A DNA stretch of 64,000 nucleotides, from the NCBI GenBank assembly GCA_001784175.1, contig MFPR01000020.1, forward strand, positions 1 to 64,000, written 5' to 3'. Positions 58,467-64,000 of the stretch are shown one piece after another. Both the position numbers and the translations under genes were made by a program. The DNA is from Candidatus Lindowbacteria bacterium RIFCSPLOWO2_12_FULL_62_27. GTDB taxonomy: Bacteria > Lindowbacteria > 2-12-FULL-62-27. The stretch's first letter is position 1; each line of letters starts with the position of its first letter. The notes beneath the pieces were generated by a model. The model saw only the letters and a program-made list of their open reading frames with translations, ran no database searches and was not told where the DNA came from.

Positions 58467-59884
58467 AACAAATGCAGTTGCGTCTGGAACCGTCTTTCCT
58501 TTGATCGGGCGCCTCCCGCCGTCCTGCTGGACAGCGTATTCATCAGTGTTTCGAGCTGGACGCCCGGCAGGAGATAATTCTTGAACCCATAGGCGAATTC
58601 GTACGCCGACCCCGGCGCGGACGTGACGGAGACGTTGGACTTGGCGAAATTCACCTCGGCGTAATTTTGCCGCCACAGGCGTGTCTTGGTTTCCAGCGTA
58701 TAGACGCGTGATCGCGCGCTGCCGGCCGCGAGATGCCGCCGGACTTTGAGGAGTTCGAAATTGGCTGTGAGACGCTTGTGAGACATGCCGCCGGTCAGGG
58801 AATAGAGGTCCTTTTTCAGTTGCGTCACGGCGCTTTTCGATTTCCATCCCGAAATCATGAAATAGGCGCCGAAGGTGACGAACCGTCCGCCCAGATTATA
58901 TGCGAATCCCCGCGCCTGATCGCGCCCGTCGCCTTTCTGGGGGCCGAAAAAATGCAGGTTGAGGAACGGAACATTGGGCGCGGTTCCCACAGAAAAGGCG
59001 CGATATCCCGATCGCAGCGTGAACCCGGCCAGCGACTGCGCCAGGGAGCTTCGGTCCGGCGTGTAATGGCCGAAGAGCGGGAAATAGACGCCGTACATCG
59101 CGAACGTGTTGAACGGCATCTGATCGACGAGAACGTAGGCGGACCTCAGGACGGAGTTCGGTCCGGAATTGAACAACTCGGCGATGCGGGCCTTCGGCGG
59201 GTCCTTTTCGACAAACCGGTTTTCGACCACGAGGTTCAGATATCGCCGAAACGGTTTCACCCGAACGCCGACATCCGCAAAGGAAACGTAGCTCAATTTT
59301 TTTTCGGCGTACGGCGTTCCCTCCTTGTAATCGACGTACTGATACCGGGCTTCCCCTCCGACGTTCACCCACCGCCGTTCCTTCCGCCAGGGATCTTCGC
59401 GCGTCAGGCGCTCCATGAACTCGCGCCGGTTCGACACGACGATTTTTTCCTGGCCGTCCGAGCGGTCGTAGTCTTTTTCGTCATAATCGAGATCGTCGAT
59501 GGTGACCAGCGGATGGCCTTCGGGCGGCGCATTTGTTCCACCCCCCGCCGGCTGGTCGGCGTAAGCTTGATCCTTGAGGGGCGCCGGCGTTTTTTCGTTT
59601 CCAAGAAATTCCGAGATGAACGACCGAAGCCAGCGCTTCTCCTGCCAGAGCCCGTACATCGTGCGCATGCCGCCTCCGTTCGGATTGACGTGGCAGGCTT
59701 GGCAGGAGAGCGTGCAGCGGCGCTGAATGAGCGGGACATTTCGCCTCGATGGCGAATGGCATGCGGCGCAATTTTGCGAAACACGATTCGCAAGCCATGG
59801 CTCGGCGGAAACGGAAACGGAAGAGGAAAGAAAGGCCCAAAACAGGGCTATGGTAAAAATATTTTTACCCGAGTGCCTCTCCAT
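58460..59884 (-). CDS. c-type cytochrome (two CxxCH) fused to a probable beta-barrel porin
   Basis: Signal peptide; CAACH (59756-59770) and CQACH (59690-59704); amphipathic strands ending FQTQLHLFY. Confidence 0.75.
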   Translation of the reverse strand: MERHSGKNIFTIALFWAFLSSSVSVSAEPWLANRVSQNCAACHSPSRRNVPLIQRRCTLSCQACHVNPNGGGMRTMYGLWQEKRWLRSFISEFLGNEKTPAPLKDQAYADQPAGGGTNAPPEGHPLVTIDDLDYDEKDYDRSDGQEKIVVSNRREFMERLTREDPWRKERRWVNVGGEARYQYVDYKEGTPYAEKKLSYVSFADVGVRVKPFRRYLNLVVENRFVEKDPPKARIAELFNSGPNSVLRSAYVLVDQMPFNTFAMYGVYFPLFGHYTPDRSSLAQSLAGFTLRSGYRAFSVGTAPNVPFLNLHFFGPQKGDGRDQARGFAYNLGGRFVTFGAYFMISGWKSKSAVTQLKKDLYSLTGGMSHKRLTANFELLKVRRHLAAGSARSRVYTLETKTRLWRQNYAEVNFAKSNVSVTSAPGSAYEFAYGFKNYLLPGVQLETLMNTLSSRTAGGARSKERRFQTQLHLFY

Positions 59885-59921
59885 ATATATATAGCCCGTC
59901 CCAACCCCCGTCTGTATGGTC

Positions 59922-60290
59922 TTACTTGCCGATCAGGTCACGCACGATGCCGATGAGTTGTGAATTGGTGAATGGTTTGCTGAGATACTCGTCCGCGCCG
60001 CACTCGCGACCCTTCCGGATGTCCTCCGGCGTGGTCTTTGCGCTGACGAAACAGACCTTGAGTTCCTGCATGTGCGGATTGGCCTTGAGCATCCGGCAGA
60101 CCTTGTAACCGTCCATGCCGGGGAGTCTGACATCGAGGAGGATGAGATCGGGGGCCCCTTTGGAAAGCCCTTTGATCATGCTTTCACCGTCGAGGAATCC
60201 TTCCACCGAATAACCGGCGCCGGCCAGAACTTCCTTGACCAGGTCCAGCACGGGCTGTTCGTCGTCGACGATGAAGACGCGCTTGGCCAT
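59922..60290 (-). CDS. single-domain response regulator (receiver)
   Basis: VFIVDDE, PDLILLDVRLPGMDG, SA and YLSKPF motifs. Confidence 0.92.
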   Translation of the reverse strand: MAKRVFIVDDEQPVLDLVKEVLAGAGYSVEGFLDGESMIKGLSKGAPDLILLDVRLPGMDGYKVCRMLKANPHMQELKVCFVSAKTTPEDIRKGRECGADEYLSKPFTNSQLIGIVRDLIGK

Positions 60291-60360
60291 GAGGGAATCA
60301 CTTTGACAAACTTTGAGGCGACTCGCAAGTCTTGACGACCTGAGATACCATACGGCGCGT

Positions 60361-60783
60361 ATGGACGGATCATCTTCACAATCGGCTCGAATGTGGATCT
60401 GGGTGGCGCTGTCCGGCGCCGCCGTCGTGTATCTGGTGGTGACCTCCATCCGCGGCACCGAGCTTCCGTACGTGAACGCCGCGGACCTGCCCGCGTCCGG
60501 CCCCCGCGCCGTTCGGGTGGCGGGAAAGGTGGCGGTGGGCGGGATCGAATCGGAGGGCCCCGGGGACGTGTCGATCGCGTTTTTGTTGATTGACGAGCGT
60601 GGCGACACGGTGCGGGTCGAGTATTCGGGTGTGCGCCCGGACGCCTTCCGGGAAGGCGCGCAGGCGGTGGCGGAGGGCACGTACGACGCGCCGAAGGCCG
60701 TGTTTCACGCGGAACTCTTGCAGGCGAAGTGCCCGTCGAAGTATGAGGTCAGCCCGCCGGCTGGTGTCCGGCCGGGAACCTGA
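60361..60783 (+). CDS. ccmE: heme chaperone CcmE, CxxxY type
   Basis: TM helix, VRVAG, YSGVRPDAFREG and LQAKCPSKY motifs. Confidence 0.9.
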   Translation: MDGSSSQSARMWIWVALSGAAVVYLVVTSIRGTELPYVNAADLPASGPRAVRVAGKVAVGGIESEGPGDVSIAFLLIDERGDTVRVEYSGVRPDAFREGAQAVAEGTYDAPKAVFHAELLQAKCPSKYEVSPPAGVRPGT

Positions 60784-60795
60784 TCGCCCCGCTCG

Positions 60796-62736
60796 ATGAA
60801 ATTCACGTATCTGGGCGAATGGGCCATGCGATTCGATCTCGTCATCGCGACGCTCGGGTTGCTGGGCGGCGTGTGGGGGCTGTGGAAGAAGGACGGGCGG
60901 TTTTTGGAATTTCAGCGCCGGAGCCTCATGCTCTCGTGCGGATTGGTTCTGGCGGCGACGGTGACACTGGTCGGCGCTTTTTTTCTCCATGATTTTTCCA
61001 TCCGTTATGTCGCCAACTATTCGTCGTTGAATCTTCCGATGGGCTACTGCCTGACGGCGCTCTGGGCGGGCCAGGAAGGCTCGCAACTGTTCTGGCTGTT
61101 TGTCCTGGCGGCCTTTTCGGCGGCCTACCTGTGGGTCCACCGGCGCGACCGGTCGGACATTCATTTTCACGCGACGGCGACGGTGCTGCTCCTGATCCAG
61201 CACTTTTTTCTCGCGATCGTCAACTTCGCCTCCGACCCTTACGTGCGGCTTGACCCTCCGCCGGCGGACGGGAACGGCTTGAACCCGCTCCTGCAGCATC
61301 CCGCGATGGCGATCCATCCGCCGATGCTGTACGTCGGGTTTGTCGGGATGGCGGTGCCGTTCGCCTGCGCGATGGGGGCGCTTCTCACGGGGCGGCTGGA
61401 CGAGGGCTGGATCAAGAAATGCCGGTCGTGGACGATCTTTGCCTGGACCGTGCTCGGCGTCGGAATTCTTCTGGGCGGGCGCTGGGCCTATGACGAGCTT
61501 GGCTGGGGCGGCTACTGGGGCTGGGACCCGGTCGAAAACTCCTCGTTCATTCCGTGGCTGACGGCGACGGCGTTTTTGCATTCGGTCATGATTCAGGAAC
61601 GGCGCGGGATGCTCAAGATCTGGAATATGTCCCTCATCACGATCACGTTTCTCCTCACGATCTTCGGCACCTACATGACCCGCAGCGGCGTTGTCGCGTC
61701 GGTCCACTCCTTCGCGCGCCAGCCGATGCTGGGCGGGATGTTCCTGGTCTTTCTGGGCTCCTGCGCGGCCTTCGCGACCGGCCTGATCGTGTGGCGGTAC
61801 GGGGCGTTGAGATCGGAGCGGAGGATCGAGTCGTTTCTATCGCGGGAGGCGGTGTTTCTGTTCAACAACGTGATTCTGCTGGGCCTGGCGTTCGCGATTC
61901 TGTTCGGGACCTGTTTTCCGACGATGTACGAAATGGTGAAAGGCACGCGGATCAGCGTGGGCCCGCAGTTTTTCAACCGCGTGACCATTCCGCTCTTTCT
62001 CATTCTTCTCGTGCTGACCGGCGTCGGCCCGGCCATCTCGTGGCGGAAGGCGACCGGATCGAACTTGGCGAGGAATTTTCTCACGCCGGCGGCCGGGGCC
62101 GCGCTGTCGGTGGGGATTCTGTGGGCCGGGGGCGTGCGGCATCCAAAGGCGGCGATGGGGATCGGCTGCATCGTGTTTGTTCTGTCGTGTCTCATTCTCG
62201 AATTCTACCGGGACACCGCCGCGCGGCGCCGGTCGACCGGCGAGGCATTTTTCCCCGCGATGGGGCGGCTGATCGGCAAGAACCGCCGGCGGTACGGCGG
62301 ATACATCGTGCATGTGGGCGTTGCGGTTACGGCGCTCGGCATCGTCGCCTCGTCGGCCTATCAGGTTGAAAAACAACTGGAGCTTCAGCCGGGCCAGTCC
62401 GCGCGCGTGGAGCGGTTTCGGCTGGAGATGGTGGACCTCACGGACGGCGTGCTGCCCAACGCGAAGACCGTCCGGCTGCGCCTGAACGTTTTCAACGAGA
62501 ACCGTCCGATGGGCGAGCTTGTGGCTGAGAAGCGCTTGTACGAGAAAACGGAACAGCCGCACACGGAGACCGGCGTGATGGCCCGATTTTTTTATGACCT
62601 CTATGTGGTCCTCGCCGGCTGGTCGGGCGACGGGACGGCGATGATCCATGTGTATGTGAATCCGCTCGTGAGCTGGGTGTGGCTGGGCGGCGGGATTTTG
62701 CTGATGGGCGCCGTCGTGTGTTTGTGGCCGAAGTGA
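60796..62736 (+). CDS. ccmF: cytochrome c heme lyase CcmF
   Basis: WAGQEGS, GLNPLLQ, IHPP, WGGYWGWDPVEN and SVHSF motifs. Confidence 0.96.
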   Translation: MKFTYLGEWAMRFDLVIATLGLLGGVWGLWKKDGRFLEFQRRSLMLSCGLVLAATVTLVGAFFLHDFSIRYVANYSSLNLPMGYCLTALWAGQEGSQLFWLFVLAAFSAAYLWVHRRDRSDIHFHATATVLLLIQHFFLAIVNFASDPYVRLDPPPADGNGLNPLLQHPAMAIHPPMLYVGFVGMAVPFACAMGALLTGRLDEGWIKKCRSWTIFAWTVLGVGILLGGRWAYDELGWGGYWGWDPVENSSFIPWLTATAFLHSVMIQERRGMLKIWNMSLITITFLLTIFGTYMTRSGVVASVHSFARQPMLGGMFLVFLGSCAAFATGLIVWRYGALRSERRIESFLSREAVFLFNNVILLGLAFAILFGTCFPTMYEMVKGTRISVGPQFFNRVTIPLFLILLVLTGVGPAISWRKATGSNLARNFLTPAAGAALSVGILWAGGVRHPKAAMGIGCIVFVLSCLILEFYRDTAARRRSTGEAFFPAMGRLIGKNRRRYGGYIVHVGVAVTALGIVASSAYQVEKQLELQPGQSARVERFRLEMVDLTDGVLPNAKTVRLRLNVFNENRPMGELVAEKRLYEKTEQPHTETGVMARFFYDLYVVLAGWSGDGTAMIHVYVNPLVSWVWLGGGILLMGAVVCLWPK

Positions 62737-63161
62737 GCGCGTCGCTTGTGTTATTGCATCTGGCCCTCTTTTTCCCGGCTGCGACTCCCCAGCCCTCTGA
62801 CTTGGTCTCGGAGTTCATGTGTCCGTGCCCCGACCGGTGCGGCAAGGCGCTCGAGGTGTGCGAGTGCTCGGACGCGGCCGGATACATCCAGGAACTCATG
62901 GATCTGCGGAGCCGCGGCCTGAGCCGGGAGGCGGTGCGGGAGAAGTTCGTCGAGAAGTACGGCCCCTCGGTTCTGGCGTCCCCGCCCGCGAAAGGATTCG
63001 GCCTCGTCGTGTATCTGCTCCCGCCCCTGGCGGTACTCGGCGGCGCCGTTCTGGCGGTCGGGGTCGCGCGGCGGTGGAAGCGCCGGCCTGTTGGCGCGCC
63101 CAAGGTGACGGATGCGGATTTAAAACGGGCCGAGGAGGCGATGAAGAAATGGCGATCGTAG
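62733..63161 (+). CDS. ccmH: cytochrome c biogenesis protein CcmH/NrfF-like
   Basis: FMCPCPDRCG...CEC, FVEKYGPSVLASPP and a C-terminal TM helix. Confidence 0.8.
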   Translation: MSASLVLLHLALFFPAATPQPSDLVSEFMCPCPDRCGKALEVCECSDAAGYIQELMDLRSRGLSREAVREKFVEKYGPSVLASPPAKGFGLVVYLLPPLAVLGGAVLAVGVARRWKRRPVGAPKVTDADLKRAEEAMKKWRS

Positions 63162-63424
63162 GCGCGGTCATGATGCTCCTGTCCGCCGCCGCGCTCTTGT
63201 ATGTCTTCTCGGCGTTTTTGAGCGATCCGGCCGGCGTCGGAGACGCCGGCACTTGGGGCGCCGGAGGCGCTGATCCGCCGTCACCGGCCGCCCGCGCGGC
63301 CGAAGCGATCGCCGAGATGGAAATGGATCTTGCCGCCGGAAAGATTTCCAGGGAGGATTTCGAGACGATCCGCAGTCAGGCCGTCGCGGAGTTGGCGGCG
63401 GAATTAAAGAAAGGACGCGCATGA
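63149..63424 (+). CDS. small membrane protein resembling the CcmI N-terminus
   Basis: TM helix followed by AIAEMEMDLAAGKISREDF; position within the ccm operon. Confidence 0.6.
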   Translation: MAIVGAVMMLLSAAALLYVFSAFLSDPAGVGDAGTWGAGGADPPSPAARAAEAIAEMEMDLAAGKISREDFETIRSQAVAELAAELKKGRA

Positions 63425-64000
63425 ATCGGTTGTGGGGTCATTCTGTTAGTTTGTTAGTCAGCCATTGGTTCATTGTTGCATTCTCAATGTTGAATGTATC
63501 CGCCGTCCCCGCCGCCGGCGCCGAGCCGGGCCTGGCGATCCGGCAGAATCACCTGTTCTTTGAATTCGCCGGGGAGAGCGGCCGGGTGGTGTGCGGGATA
63601 CAGGAAATCGTGGTGATCGAAAACGCCGGCTCGGCGATTCCTGAAAATCCGGCCGGAACGGTCCGGTTGTCGGTTCCGGTGGCCGCCCTCTCGGTCCGCC
63701 CGATGCCGGTGCCGCCGGTCATGCCGGGCGCCGAATCTGTCCGGCCGCTTGAGGCATCGGAGGTGGACATCCAGCCGGGCGAATTGCGGATCAAACGACA
63801 TCTTCATGCGGGCAAGAACACGTTTTCGTACGCGTATATCCTCCCGGTTTCCGGCGACGCCGTCCGGTTTGAGAAGAAGGTGATCATGCCCACCCGCCTC
63901 CTCGTTTCCTTCGCGCCTGATGTCGGCGGGCTGACGTCGAAGACGCTGACGGTCGAACGCGCCGAGGGCGGATACAAGATCATCGGTCAGAGTCTGGCTG
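63421..64000 (+). CDS. exported hypothetical protein, truncated at the window end
   Basis: ATGA coupling at 63421; MNRLWGHSVSLL...AAGA signal-like N-terminus; appears open to the edge. Confidence 0.6.
   Translation, partial: MNRLWGHSVSLLVSHWFIVAFSMLNVSAVPAAGAEPGLAIRQNHLFFEFAGESGRVVCGIQEIVVIENAGSAIPENPAGTVRLSVPVAALSVRPMPVPPVMPGAESVRPLEASEVDIQPGELRIKRHLHAGKNTFSYAYILPVSGDAVRFEKKVIMPTRLLVSFAPDVGGLTSKTLTVERAEGGYKIIGQSLA

Noticed and set aside
59883-59893. (AT)5 tract at the cytochrome-porin start, and the A9 tract at 6904-6912, as phase-variation switches
   Set aside because: The tracts are short, sit in ordinary AT-rich promoter DNA, and there is no evidence of length variation.

Overview
This is a GC-rich bacterial chromosomal window that spans the replication origin. 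It carries dnaA-dnaN-recF on the minus strand, with DnaA-box clusters on both sides of dnaA and an AT-rich unwinding element before dnaN. Housekeeping content includes gyrB-gyrA (inverted and displaced from recF), argS, tRNA-Glu, a moaD-moaE fusion, mreBCD-mrdA, lexA, HU, gpsA, plsY, der, pgsA and ccmE-ccmF-ccmH. Four accessory blocks stand out. (1) Beside oriC sits a four-gene cluster (26.0-32.9 kb) of three membrane Ser/Thr receptor kinases plus a kinase-less paralog. Their post-membrane domains all resemble nucleic-acid-binding folds (six ComEA-like helix-hairpin-helix units, a degenerate PD-(D/E)XK-like domain and a DUF1802-like domain), making this a candidate DNA-sensing receptor system and the best novel-system candidate here. 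(2) A 2212-aa heme-c-tipped Ig-repeat surface protein operon converges on a diheme cytochrome-porin gene next to the Ccm genes. (3) An intact IS630-like ORF has lost its DDE residues and element ends. (4) A sugar-modification-like cluster contains a cupin-TPP fusion and a second TPP enzyme. Several genes appear to be leaderless. No CRISPR array, rRNA or prophage was seen. Family assignments come from motif recognition by eye and need HMM or structure confirmation.
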